From Candidatus Eiseniibacteriota bacterium (GTDB taxonomy: Bacteria > Eisenbacteria > RBG-16-71-46 > JACRLI01): a DNA stretch of 64,000 nucleotides. Made by a program: the position numbers and the translations under genes. Below, one piece after another: positions 46,941 through 56,405 of this stretch (its first letter is position 1; the number at the start of each line of letters is the position of its first letter). The DNA lies in NCBI GenBank assembly GCA_025351485.1, contig JANXVU010000164.1, forward strand, positions 438 through 64,437, in the 5' to 3' direction. The notes beneath the pieces were generated by a model. It did not search any database and was not told the DNA's origin. It saw nothing but the letters and a program-made list of their open reading frames with translations.

Positions 46941-47570
46941 ATGCTCACAGATCGGGAAAAGGAAATCCTGGGTCTCATCACCCGGCTTACGGAAGAGCGC
47001 GGTTTTCCGCCCACCCTGCGTGAAATCGGAGAGGCCGCGGGGATCAGTTCCACCAACGGCGTCCGCTACTTCCTGGACCGGCTGGAGGCCAAGGGACGGA
47101 TCCGGCGGGGCGACGGGCTTTCTCGGGCGATCGAGCTCATCGATGGGCCGGCGCGGCCATCGGCCACCATCCGGCTGCCCGAGCCCGTGGCCGTGCCCCT
47201 GATCGGGCGGGTCGCGGCGGGTTACCCGGTGCTCTCGGATGAAAACATCGAAGAGCACATCATGGTGGATCCGAGCCTGGCCACCCCGGGGCGCACATTC
47301 GCCCTGCGGGTGCGCGGTGAAAGCATGAAAGACGCCGGCATCCTCGAGGGCGACATGGTGGTGGTGCGGGAGCAGAAAGAGGCCCGCTCGGGAGAGATCG
47401 TGGTGGCCATCGTCAACGGCGAAGCCACGGTCAAGACCTACCGGGTCAAGCGCAACGGCTCCGTGATCCTGGAGCCGGCCAACCCGGACTTCGAGCCCAT
47501 CGAGATTTCCGAAGAGGCGCCGCTGGAAATCCGGGGCAAGGTGATTGCGGTGCTGCGAAAGGTGGGGTGA
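46941..47570 (+). CDS. lexA: SOS repressor LexA
   Basis: 'GFPPTLREIG', Ala-Gly cleavage site in 'GRVAAG', catalytic 'GESM' Ser and 'ATVK' Lys. Confidence 0.96.
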   Translation: MLTDREKEILGLITRLTEERGFPPTLREIGEAAGISSTNGVRYFLDRLEAKGRIRRGDGLSRAIELIDGPARPSATIRLPEPVAVPLIGRVAAGYPVLSDENIEEHIMVDPSLATPGRTFALRVRGESMKDAGILEGDMVVVREQKEARSGEIVVAIVNGEATVKTYRVKRNGSVILEPANPDFEPIEISEEAPLEIRGKVIAVLRKVG

Positions 47571-47935
47571 TGAGCCAGTCCGAACATGACCAGCGAGTGG
47601 ATTACGTGGAGTTTCCGGCCACGGACATCCCTGCCACCAAGCGCTTCTACAACGCCGTGTTCGGCTGGAAGTTCGACGACTATGGCCCCGATTACATCGG
47701 CTTTCACGACGGGCGCCTGGGGGGCGGGTTCTACAAGGCGCCGCATGCCGGCCCGGGCGGGGCGCTGGTGGTGATCTACGCCGCAGACATGGAGGCGACC
47801 CAGGCGCGCGTGGTTCAGGCGGGCGGCAAGATCCTGCGCCCGACGTTTGATTTTCCAGGCGGCCGCAGGTTTCATTTTTCAGACCCGAGCGGAAACGAGC
47901 TCTCTGTCTGGTCGGAGCAGGTCGGTCACAGTTAG
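47570..47935 (+). CDS. VOC/glyoxalase-bleomycin resistance family protein
   Basis: 'DYVEFPATD...FY..VFGWKF.DYGPDY', 'FPGGRRFHF.DPSGNEL'; start overlaps the lexA stop. Confidence 0.9.
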   Translation: MSQSEHDQRVDYVEFPATDIPATKRFYNAVFGWKFDDYGPDYIGFHDGRLGGGFYKAPHAGPGGALVVIYAADMEATQARVVQAGGKILRPTFDFPGGRRFHFSDPSGNELSVWSEQVGHS

Positions 47936-48021
47936 CGGTTCACCGTTCACCCCCTGAAAACCCGTGCGGGTCGATCGGACTGCCTTCGGGCTCGTCCCAT
48001 TGGATTCGTGTTCCCCTCAAC

Positions 48022-48035
48022 TGCACATATGTGCA
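48022..48035 (+). promoter_or_regulatory. Second putative SOS box TGCAC-ATAT-GTGCA
   Basis: Perfect palindrome abutting the AGGAG RBS (48036-48040) of the next gene. Confidence 0.75.
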
Positions 48036-48047
48036 AGGAGTTCCAAT

Positions 48048-48404
48048 ATGTCCGCTCCTATGAGTCATGAGATCGCCACCGAAGCCGGCAGCCGATCCCT
48101 GGGACCGATCCCCCTGGATCGACTGCACCTGGTCGCCCTCGAGCCGGTGGGACACAAGCCGGTGCTGAGCGGCGACGTGGCCGCGGAACTCACCCGCGCG
48201 TTCATGGAAATCGCCGCGCACTCCGGGTACCGGGTCATGTCGGTCTCCATCCTTCCGGATCACGTGAACCTGGTCGTGGAGCTCGGCGGGCTGCACCGCG
48301 CGGAATCGGTCACGCGCGAGCTGCGCGGGCTTTCCAGCCTGCGCCTGATGCAGAGCTTTCCCTCGCTCCGTCTCAAGCTGCGCGCCAACCACCTCTGGAT
48401 CTAG
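48048..48404 (+). CDS. IS200/IS605 TnpA (Y1 HUH)-derived protein lacking catalytic residues
   Basis: 'ILPDHVNLVV...ELRGLSSLRLMQSFPSL...HLW' parallels TnpA 'MPDHVHLL...LKG.SS...FP.L...LW'. HUH reads HVN and the ORF stops before the catalytic Tyr. Confidence 0.7.
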   Translation: MSAPMSHEIATEAGSRSLGPIPLDRLHLVALEPVGHKPVLSGDVAAELTRAFMEIAAHSGYRVMSVSILPDHVNLVVELGGLHRAESVTRELRGLSSLRLMQSFPSLRLKLRANHLWI

Positions 48405-48457
48405 CCCGCCCGCGCGCGGCACTCGAAACATCCAATGGAAATGGGCGGGAGACGGAG

Positions 48458-48712
48458 ATGATCCAGGCTGTCCACGAGCCCATCGAAGTCATCACGGTTT
48501 TCTCCGAAGGCCATGCCCGGCCGCTGCGCTTCAAGTGGCGCAAGCGCGTGGTCAAGGTCGCCAAGGTGACCGGCGAATGGGTTCGCAACGAAGGAGATTC
48601 GCGGGTCCACTACTACTCGGTGCTCGGTGAAACCTCGGACTACTTCGAGATCGCCTACGACGCCCGCAAGGTGCTGTGGACCCTGATGAAAGTCTGGCTG
48701 GATGGAGCGTGA
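48458..48712 (+). CDS. DUF6504-like small protein
   Basis: 'PIEVI..F..G...PLRFKW.....V.....W...G......V......FEI.YD.....W.L'; GGAG RBS. Confidence 0.7.
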   Translation: MIQAVHEPIEVITVFSEGHARPLRFKWRKRVVKVAKVTGEWVRNEGDSRVHYYSVLGETSDYFEIAYDARKVLWTLMKVWLDGA

Positions 48713-48866
48713 GGATGGGATCGAGGGGAGCCACGGCGGAAGTCCCGCCGCCTTATTTCACACCTCACGTTTCCGTCTGAGCCAGTTTCGGGATTGAAGC
48801 CCCGGCGCGGACCGCTTCTGCGCCACGCGCCACCTCCCGCGCCGGGGCCAACTCGTGGGGAGGATC

Positions 48867-50150
48867 ATGGGGTTCTCGCCCTCCCGGGGAGAGGCGCGCC
48901 ATGGGAAGGAGCCGGGCGCGACCCGGATCATATTCCACGTGGACATGGACGCATTCTTCGCCTCGGTGGAGCAATTGTTCAACCCGCACCTGCGCGGGAA
49001 ACCGGTGCTGGTATGCGGCGATCCGGACGGACGCAGCGTGGTGGCGACCGCCTCGTACGAGGCGCGCCCCTACGGCATCCGCTGCGGCATGCCGGTGCGG
49101 GAGGCGCGGCGCCTGTGCCCCCACGCCACGTGCGTGGAAGGAGATCCGGGCAAGTACATCCACATCTCGCTGCAGGTGTTGGACCTGCTCAAGACGTTCA
49201 GCCCTTCGGTGGAGCCGTTTAGCATCGACGAGGCGTTCGTGGAAGTCACCGAACAGATCGAGAAGCGCAGCGAGATGCTGAATCTGGCCAATCGGATCCA
49301 GCGCCGGGTGCGGGCCACCGTGGGGGTGACCGCTTCCATCGGGATCGGACCCAACAAGTTCGTGGCCAAGATGGCCTCCGGGGTGCACAAGCCCGAGGGC
49401 ATGACCTGCTTTTCCACCGCGGACTTCGTCCGGCACTTTGGGCCGCAGCCGGTCGGGGAACTGTGGGGGATTGGAAAAGCCACCTCCGAAATCCTGGGAT
49501 CCCTGGGGCTTCGAACGGTGAATCAACTGGCTGCGGCGCCCCGGGAACTTCTGGCGGGAACCTTCGGTATCGTAGGACCGGGGCTTAAGCTGGTCGCCCA
49601 GGGGTTGGACGAGACCCCGGTGGTTCCGTATCACCAGGCGCCGGATGCCAAGTCCATCGGGCACGAACACACGCTGGAACAGGACGAGTCCGATCCCGAG
49701 ATCCTCGCCGGGCACATGCTGCGCCTCAGCGACATGGTCGCGCGGCGGGCGCGGCTGGACAGCTTCGCCGGCAAGGTGATCTCGCTCAAGCTCCGGAGCT
49801 CGGATTTCCAGACCTTCCAGGCACAGCAGGGGCTGGGGCATCCCACCAGCGATGGCCTGGAGATCTACCGGGTGGCCCGGAGCCTGTTCGAGCGACTTAA
49901 AGATGGCCCCGCGGGAGATTTCCACCGGGGCCGTGTGCAAAAGAGGAAAACTGCCGCTGGACCGATTCGGGCGTTCCGGCTTCTTGGGATATCCCTGGGG
50001 GGACTGGTCCGCCTCGCGCCCGATCCGCAGCGGCTCTTATTTCCGGAAGAGCAGCGCTATCGCGATATGATGTCCGCAGTGGACCGCCTTCGCGGACGCC
50101 TAGGCGAGGGGATCCTCGTGCGGGCCGGCACCATGATTCTCGAACACTGA
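48867..50150 (+). CDS. dinB: Y-family DNA polymerase IV
   Basis: 'HVDMDAFFASVEQ', 'ASYEAR.YG', 'SIDEAF', 'LWGIG', C-terminal clamp-binding-like QRLLF. Alternative start at 48855. Confidence 0.94.
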   Translation: MGFSPSRGEARHGKEPGATRIIFHVDMDAFFASVEQLFNPHLRGKPVLVCGDPDGRSVVATASYEARPYGIRCGMPVREARRLCPHATCVEGDPGKYIHISLQVLDLLKTFSPSVEPFSIDEAFVEVTEQIEKRSEMLNLANRIQRRVRATVGVTASIGIGPNKFVAKMASGVHKPEGMTCFSTADFVRHFGPQPVGELWGIGKATSEILGSLGLRTVNQLAAAPRELLAGTFGIVGPGLKLVAQGLDETPVVPYHQAPDAKSIGHEHTLEQDESDPEILAGHMLRLSDMVARRARLDSFAGKVISLKLRSSDFQTFQAQQGLGHPTSDGLEIYRVARSLFERLKDGPAGDFHRGRVQKRKTAAGPIRAFRLLGISLGGLVRLAPDPQRLLFPEEQRYRDMMSAVDRLRGRLGEGILVRAGTMILEH

Positions 50151-50179
50151 GTCGATCGAGCCACAACTCCGGAGGTCGC

Positions 50180-50668
50180 ATGGCCAGTAAGTTCCGACCC
50201 GGCGCCGTGGGCGCCATGATGGACGAATACGAGCGCGCCGCAGCGGAGCTCAAGGACCTGGTCCACGGCCTGACCGACGAGCAGTACGCGGCGCTCGCCG
50301 ACCCCGACACCAAGGACGAGGATTGCCGAACCATCCAGACCATCATGCGCCACGTGGTGGGGGCGGGTTACGGCTACGCCAACTACCTGCGGGGCCACTT
50401 CGGGGATCCCCAGGTGACGCACGACAACGTGCTCGCTTCCCGTGAAGACTGCCTGCGGCGCTTCGACGAGATGATGGCCTTCACCGTGCGCACCCTTGAA
50501 AACCGCTGGCAGCTCCCGGACAAGGAAATCGACGGCGCCCAGATCCACGTTCGCTGGGGTCCCGTGTTCAATATCGAGCAGCTCATGGAGCACGCCATCG
50601 TCCACCTGCTCCGGCACCGCCGCCAGATCGAAAAGCTGCTGCTGCGCATGAGCGGGGAACCCGTCTAA
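50180..50668 (+). CDS. DinB/YfiT-like metal-binding four-helix protein (not the polymerase)
   Basis: 'TI..IMRHV' and 'EHAIVHLLRHRRQI' His cluster. Confidence 0.82.
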   Translation: MASKFRPGAVGAMMDEYERAAAELKDLVHGLTDEQYAALADPDTKDEDCRTIQTIMRHVVGAGYGYANYLRGHFGDPQVTHDNVLASREDCLRRFDEMMAFTVRTLENRWQLPDKEIDGAQIHVRWGPVFNIEQLMEHAIVHLLRHRRQIEKLLLRMSGEPV

Positions 50669-50746
50669 ACGCAGAGAACCCCCCCAGAGGAGATCATCCG
50701 GCCGCCCGGCTTAGGATTCGGACAGCCACAGCCCCGGACCACCCCC

Positions 50747-51535
50747 ATGGGCGAAATTCTAGTTGGAACATCGGGCTACTCGTTTCCGGACTGGATCGGG
50801 CCCTTCTATCCCCCCGAACTCCCGCGGGCGGACCACCTGGCGTTCTACGCCCGCCACTTCAAAGTGGTCGAGGTGAACACCAGCTATTACCGGATTCCAG
50901 CCCCCGGGACCCTGGCCCGAATGGCCAGCCGAACTCCCCCGGACTTCAGGTTCATCCTCAAGCTGCATATGGACATGACTCACAAGGAATCCCGGGAGCC
51001 GGCCCTGTACCGGGAGTTCCAGGAAGCCCTCGAGCCCCTCCGGGAGTCCGGCAAGTTCCATGGCCTGCTGGCCCAGTTTCCGTGGGCATTCCGGGTGAGC
51101 CGGGACTCGGTCCGGCACCTTGCATTCCTCAGGGCTTCCTTTCCCGGAGATTCGCTCCACGTGGAGTTCCGGCGGGCCGAGTGGAACCGGCCCGATTGCT
51201 TCGACTTCTTGGAAGGGCGCGGAATCGGCTATTGTTGTGTGGATGAGCCCTCCCTGCCGGGGCTGATGCCGCCGCACACGGCCGTGACCACCCCGGTCGG
51301 GTACGCGCGGTTTCACGGTCGGAATTCCACCAACTGGTGGGGGCGTGGAGAAGGCGACCGCTACGACTACAACTACAGCCGGAAGGAATTGAGCGAGTGG
51401 CTGGAAAAATTGAAGTCCATGGCCGAAAAGGCGCGAACGACCTATGTGTTCTTCAACAACTGCCACGCCGGGCATGCGGCGGCCAACGCCATGCTCATGA
51501 AGGAACTGCTGGCCCGGGAAGGGCTTCCATTTTGA
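50747..51535 (+). CDS. DUF72 protein
   Basis: 'VGTSGYS..W.G.FYP', 'VEVNTSYY', 'QFP', 'VEFR', 'RFHGR', 'FFNN'. Confidence 0.92.
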   Translation: MGEILVGTSGYSFPDWIGPFYPPELPRADHLAFYARHFKVVEVNTSYYRIPAPGTLARMASRTPPDFRFILKLHMDMTHKESREPALYREFQEALEPLRESGKFHGLLAQFPWAFRVSRDSVRHLAFLRASFPGDSLHVEFRRAEWNRPDCFDFLEGRGIGYCCVDEPSLPGLMPPHTAVTTPVGYARFHGRNSTNWWGRGEGDRYDYNYSRKELSEWLEKLKSMAEKARTTYVFFNNCHAGHAAANAMLMKELLAREGLPF

Positions 51536-52758
51536 AGGTGGTCCGCGTGGCGGTGGCTCTTGCGGCCATGCTGTGCCCCCGCGCCGGCCTCGCGCAGCAG
51601 GCGGCGGCCACTTCGACGGCGCAGGTGGCTCATTCCGCGCGGGTGAAGCCGGCTGCCCCGGCCCCGGCGTCCGCAGCTGCCGCCAAGATGCCGGAACCGG
51701 CCCCGGCCGTGATCACCCTGCCCAAGCCACTGGAAGACTCGCTTTCCACCGAACTGTCCGAGATCCTGGCCTCTTTCATTCGCAAATCCGAACCGGGCTG
51801 GCCGCTCCAGGACCACCCGGAAGAGTACGCGCGTTGCGTGGCGGTGCTCGCGCGGCTCTTCACCGTGGCAGGGGACACCCTGCTGGACGACGCCGGGGCT
51901 CAAAACTATTTCATCGACCGCAGCCTGTCGAACCTTCGCTACCCGACCAGTCCCCGGGGGCAATTCCCCCGCACGGTGAGTTTTTCCAACCCGCGCCGGG
52001 CCGAGGAATGGGTTACCTATCTGGCGATCCGCAAACAGTCGGGCGGGATCGGCTTCCAACGTTTGGGCGAAGACGCGCCGTGTTGCTGGCGCGCGAGCGC
52101 CATCCAGACATGGGAGGAAGATGGCCGCGACCGGCTCATCGCCACCCTGATGCGCCAGGATTCCACCGGCGCCCATCAGCGGATCCAGTTCTTCACCCGC
52201 GAAGGGGACCGTTACAACCTTACCCGCACGGTCGGTAGCGAGGCCTACGGCGGCCGCTACATCCCGACTCTTCTGAACAAGGTGGAAAAGACGCCGCTGC
52301 TCAACATCATCTACCTGCAAACATCGAACCTGTTCGCAAATTTCCCGGCGGAGCAGATCGTGAAGCTGCGCGGCTTCTACCGGGTGCGCGGGGATTCCAT
52401 CGAACTCATCCGCGACCAGTTCGGGGATTCCTACTTCGGGGCCCCGACCTGGGCCATGGAGTGCATGGCGCGCGGGCGCACCGACTGGGGCAAGCTCTGG
52501 ACCGAGAACGAAGACGTGCTGCACCGCCTGGCGGCTCTTCCGTGGGACAAGGCGCGTTCCGGATGGATCATGGAAAAGTTCTCCACCCGCCACGACACGC
52601 TCACCTGCTCGCACCCGTCCGTCGGCCGCATCACCCTCTATTCCGTCCGCTCCAACGGGCTGGACCGGGTGAAGGACTTCAAGCTGGAACCGCTGGAAGC
52701 TGATACGGCGGCGACTACCCCGAAGCTGCCGGCATCCGGGAAGGATCACGGGCGTTGA
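51532..52758 (+). CDS. Secreted hypothetical protein
   Basis: TTG overlaps the DUF72 stop; signal peptide MKVVRVAVALAAMLCPRAGLA; Ala/Pro linker; no family recognised. Confidence 0.7.
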   Translation: MKVVRVAVALAAMLCPRAGLAQQAAATSTAQVAHSARVKPAAPAPASAAAAKMPEPAPAVITLPKPLEDSLSTELSEILASFIRKSEPGWPLQDHPEEYARCVAVLARLFTVAGDTLLDDAGAQNYFIDRSLSNLRYPTSPRGQFPRTVSFSNPRRAEEWVTYLAIRKQSGGIGFQRLGEDAPCCWRASAIQTWEEDGRDRLIATLMRQDSTGAHQRIQFFTREGDRYNLTRTVGSEAYGGRYIPTLLNKVEKTPLLNIIYLQTSNLFANFPAEQIVKLRGFYRVRGDSIELIRDQFGDSYFGAPTWAMECMARGRTDWGKLWTENEDVLHRLAALPWDKARSGWIMEKFSTRHDTLTCSHPSVGRITLYSVRSNGLDRVKDFKLEPLEADTAATTPKLPASGKDHGR

Positions 52759-53930
52759 GCCCGGACTCCCCGAAGCTGCCGGATGACCGTCCCCTGCCCG
52801 GCGGGGGGGGGGCTCCTCCTCCCCATGGCCCCAACCGCTGGGTCCTGGTCGGAGCGCTGGTCATGTTCCTGCTGGCCGGAGTCATCCTGGCCATGGTGGT
52901 TTCGCGCCTCGGGTGCGCGCGCAAGAACGACATTCACCCCAGCTCGACCTTCGTGCCGGGGTCGGTCTCTCCGGATTCCATCGGGGCGTGGGTGGAGCAG
53001 GCCGATTCCATCATGGGCCTGGACGCCCAGACCGACTCGACGCGCTCCGGCCGGGCGTTCGACCTGTGGGCGCGCGCGCTGGCCGCCAGCCTGCGCACGG
53101 CCGGGGACACGCTCCCGGGGGCGGAGGAAGCCCGGCGCACCATGGACTCCCTGCAGATTCGCGGCGAGGCGGAGCGCGCCGTTGGGAATGCGGGCGGCCT
53201 GGGCGTGAGCCTGCGTCCCCACGCGGCCAGCCGCACGCGCCGGACGTACTTCCTGTATTCCGATCGGGGCCGTGTCGGCTACCTGCCGGTGGGGCTGGAA
53301 AACGTGGACCAGCTCCACTACGCGGCCTGGCGCGCCGGAACAGACCTGTTCCTCTCGGCGGTGGGCATGCGGCCGTTCGCGGGCGGAAGCCGCCTGGCGC
53401 TCACCTTCCTGAAATCGGCCGGCCCCGGCGGATGGGTCCCGTGGGACTCGCTTCCGCCCCTGGACAGCCTGGGCACGCCGGGTTCGACGCCGTCCTTCGA
53501 GCAGCCGTCCGACGGCCCGCCGCTCCTGGTGTTCCGGTTCATGCGCGCCGGCAGCCCGTTCGAGGAGTGCCCCACCTGCCCACACCGCTGGTACGACCGG
53601 GTGTGGCGCCCGGAAGGGGCGACGCTGCGGTTCATGGGCGAGCAGATCGAGGACACGCCCTACGCGGCCATGGTTTCGTTCGTGGAGGCGCTCGCGCGCG
53701 GCGACAACGACAATCTCTCGGTGCTCTCGGTCACTCCGGGCGCGGTGGAGAACGCCCGGGCGCTGCCGATTGAAAACAGCATCCCCGGAGGGTGGCAACT
53801 GGATCCGGGACAGCAGATGCAGGACAGCGTGCTGACCGTCTCGCGTCGGGGCGCCGGGAAGTATGTGTTCCGGCTCCGCTACGACTCGGCGCGCTGGAAG
53901 GTGGATTCGGTCTATCCGCAGGCTCCCTGA
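52755..53930 (+). CDS. Membrane-anchored hypothetical protein
   Basis: One N-terminal TM segment; 'FEECPTCPH' motif; start overlaps the upstream stop. Confidence 0.7.
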   Translation: MSPDSPKLPDDRPLPGGGGAPPPHGPNRWVLVGALVMFLLAGVILAMVVSRLGCARKNDIHPSSTFVPGSVSPDSIGAWVEQADSIMGLDAQTDSTRSGRAFDLWARALAASLRTAGDTLPGAEEARRTMDSLQIRGEAERAVGNAGGLGVSLRPHAASRTRRTYFLYSDRGRVGYLPVGLENVDQLHYAAWRAGTDLFLSAVGMRPFAGGSRLALTFLKSAGPGGWVPWDSLPPLDSLGTPGSTPSFEQPSDGPPLLVFRFMRAGSPFEECPTCPHRWYDRVWRPEGATLRFMGEQIEDTPYAAMVSFVEALARGDNDNLSVLSVTPGAVENARALPIENSIPGGWQLDPGQQMQDSVLTVSRRGAGKYVFRLRYDSARWKVDSVYPQAP

Positions 53931-53945
53931 CCCAACCGAGGCCTC

Positions 53946-56405
53946 ATGAACACCCCTCCCAAGAGCGGACACCTGGAATCGGGCTCGTGGCAGGAACCGC
54001 CCGCAAATCTCTTCGCGGAATTCGGCCTGGCCGGCGCCACCCGTTATCCCAAGGATGACACCGGCCGCCGACGGGCGCTCCCGGCCACCGACTTCGACCG
54101 CTTCCTGGGGGAGTTCACCGGGCGCCGCGACTACGGCGGCCAGGTGGTGCACGTGGAGCGCATCCCGGCCCGCGATGCCCGGCACGCCCGTCCAGCCAAG
54201 CCGCTGCCCGAACCGCTGCGCGCCGCGCTGGCCGCCTCCGGCATCCACGAGTTGTACCTGCACCAGGCACGCGCGATCGACCTCGCGCGCGACGGCCGCA
54301 GCTTCGTGGTGGTGAGCGGCACGGCCTCCGGCAAGACCCTGTGCTACAACCTGCCGGTGGCCGAGCGGCTCCTGGGCGAACCGGACGCGCACGCGTTCTA
54401 TCTGTTTCCCACCAAGGCCCTGGCCCAGGACCAGCTCAAGAGCCTGCGGCGCCTGGCCGACGCGTCCCCGGAATTGAAAGACCTGATCCGCGCCGGCACC
54501 TACGACGGCGACACCACGCCGCACGCGCGCCGGAAGATGCGGGAAGAAGGCAACATCATCCTCACCAACCCGGACATGCTCCACCAGGGCATCCTGCCCT
54601 ACCACGCGCGCTGGTCGCGGTTCTTTTCCACGCTTCGCTACGTGGTGGTGGACGAGATCCACACCTACCGGGGCATCTTTGGATCTCACGTGGCGCACGT
54701 GCTGCGGCGGCTCCGCCGGGTGGCGCGCCACTACGGCGCCGATCCCATCTTCATCGCCTCCAGCGCCACCATCCGCAATCCCTCCGAGCTGGCCGAAGGC
54801 CTGTTCGGGATGCCGGCGGAGCTGGTGGACCAGGACGGCTCGCCGCGCGGGCCGCGCCACTTCGTGTTCTGGAACCCGCCCTACATGGACACCGCCCGCA
54901 TGGAGCGGCGGAGCTCCAACGTGGAGGCGCAGGAGCTCTTCACCGCGCTGGTCCGGCGCGGAGTTCAGAGCATCGTGTTCACCCGCGCCCGGGTGACCGC
55001 CGAGATCATCTATCGCTACGCGCGGGAGGCCCTGGAGCGGGAGCGGGGCGGGCTGGCCGCGGCCGTGAGCGCCTACCGGGGAGGTTACCTGCCCGAGGAG
55101 CGGCGCGAGATCGAGCGGCGGCTCTTTTCCGGCGAGCTCATGGGAGTGGTGAGCACCAACGCGCTGGAGCTGGGGATCGACGTGGGCAGCCTGGACGCGT
55201 CCATCCTGGTGGGTTTTCCGACCACCATTGCCTCGGCCTGGCAGCAGGCGGGGCGCGCGGGGCGCGGGCACGAGCCCTCGCTGGCGGTGCTGGTGGGCTA
55301 CAACGATCCCATCGACCAGTACCTGATGCGCCACCCGGACTTCTTCTTTTCCGCCTCGCCCGAGGCCGCGGTGATCGACCCGGAAAACCCGCACATCCTG
55401 GCCGCGCACATCGCCTGCGCCGCCTACGAGCTGCCCATCCGGGCGGAGGACACCGAGTGGTTCGGCGAACTCACGCCGCAGGTCACCGCCATCCTGGCCG
55501 AGGAAGGGCAGCTCAAGGAACTGGATGGCCTGCACTACTGGTCCAGCACCGAATTTCCGGCCGCGAGGGCGCCGCTGCGGACCATCTCCGACGACACCTT
55601 CACCATCGTGGACGTGGAGCACGAGAACCGGGTGCTGGCCACCGTGGACGCCATCAGCGCCCCGGAGCTGGTCTATCCCGAGGCCATCTACCTGCACGAG
55701 GGCGACACCTGGTACGTCCGGCAGTTGGACCTGGAGCAGAAGGTCGCGTACGTCGAGCGCAAGACCGTGGACTACTACACCAACGCGGTGCTCGACTCCA
55801 ATCTGCGCATGACCCGGCGCGTCGAGCAGCGGGAGTTCAGCCCGGAGGAGTCGGTCCACTTCGGGGAAGCCACCGTCTCGTGGTGCACCGTGGGCTTCAA
55901 GAAGATCAAGTTCCACTCGCTCGATTCCATCGGCTACAAGGCGCTGGACCTGCCGCGCCTGAAGCTGGACACGCAGGCCATGTGGTTCCGGCCCGGCGAG
56001 CGGGCGTGGAAGGAAGTGATCTTCCAGGGGCGAAACCCGGTGGAGGGGCTCTCGGGGCTGCGCAATCTGCTGATCACCATCGTGCCGCTGTTGTCCATGT
56101 GCGACCGCTCGGACATCGGCGGCATCCTGGACTCCAGCAACTTCGGCTCGCCGCATATGTTCCTGTACGACCGCTATCCCGGTGGGCTGGGTTTCGTGGA
56201 GCAGGGCTACCGCCGCTTCGAGGAGGCCCTCGGGGCCGCGCGCGCGCTGCTGGAGGAGTGCGAGTGCGAGAGCGGATGTCCGGCCTGCGTGGGGCTGCCG
56301 GTGCTGCGCCCGCCGCAGCAGCAGGACCCGGACGTGATGGGCGGATGGCCGATTCCCGACAAGGCCGTCACGCGCATGCTGTTGCAGGCGATCCTTGGCG
56401 GATGA
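53946..56405 (+). CDS. SF2 DEAD/DEAH helicase with DUF1998 (MrfA/YprA/Hrq1-like)
   Basis: 'GTASGKT', 'DEIH', 'TNPDMLH', 'LELGIDVG', 'QQAGRAGR', C-terminal 'CECESGCPAC'. Confidence 0.93.
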   Translation: MNTPPKSGHLESGSWQEPPANLFAEFGLAGATRYPKDDTGRRRALPATDFDRFLGEFTGRRDYGGQVVHVERIPARDARHARPAKPLPEPLRAALAASGIHELYLHQARAIDLARDGRSFVVVSGTASGKTLCYNLPVAERLLGEPDAHAFYLFPTKALAQDQLKSLRRLADASPELKDLIRAGTYDGDTTPHARRKMREEGNIILTNPDMLHQGILPYHARWSRFFSTLRYVVVDEIHTYRGIFGSHVAHVLRRLRRVARHYGADPIFIASSATIRNPSELAEGLFGMPAELVDQDGSPRGPRHFVFWNPPYMDTARMERRSSNVEAQELFTALVRRGVQSIVFTRARVTAEIIYRYAREALERERGGLAAAVSAYRGGYLPEERREIERRLFSGELMGVVSTNALELGIDVGSLDASILVGFPTTIASAWQQAGRAGRGHEPSLAVLVGYNDPIDQYLMRHPDFFFSASPEAAVIDPENPHILAAHIACAAYELPIRAEDTEWFGELTPQVTAILAEEGQLKELDGLHYWSSTEFPAARAPLRTISDDTFTIVDVEHENRVLATVDAISAPELVYPEAIYLHEGDTWYVRQLDLEQKVAYVERKTVDYYTNAVLDSNLRMTRRVEQREFSPEESVHFGEATVSWCTVGFKKIKFHSLDSIGYKALDLPRLKLDTQAMWFRPGERAWKEVIFQGRNPVEGLSGLRNLLITIVPLLSMCDRSDIGGILDSSNFGSPHMFLYDRYPGGLGFVEQGYRRFEEALGAARALLEECECESGCPACVGLPVLRPPQQQDPDVMGGWPIPDKAVTRMLLQAILGG

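Noticed and set aside
47964-48404. Active IS200/IS605 element
   Set aside because: HUH motif is broken, there is no catalytic Tyr, no tnpB, and no element ends were recognised.
53560-53590. Heme-binding motif in the 52755-53930 product
   Set aside because: It reads CPTCPH, not CxxCH.
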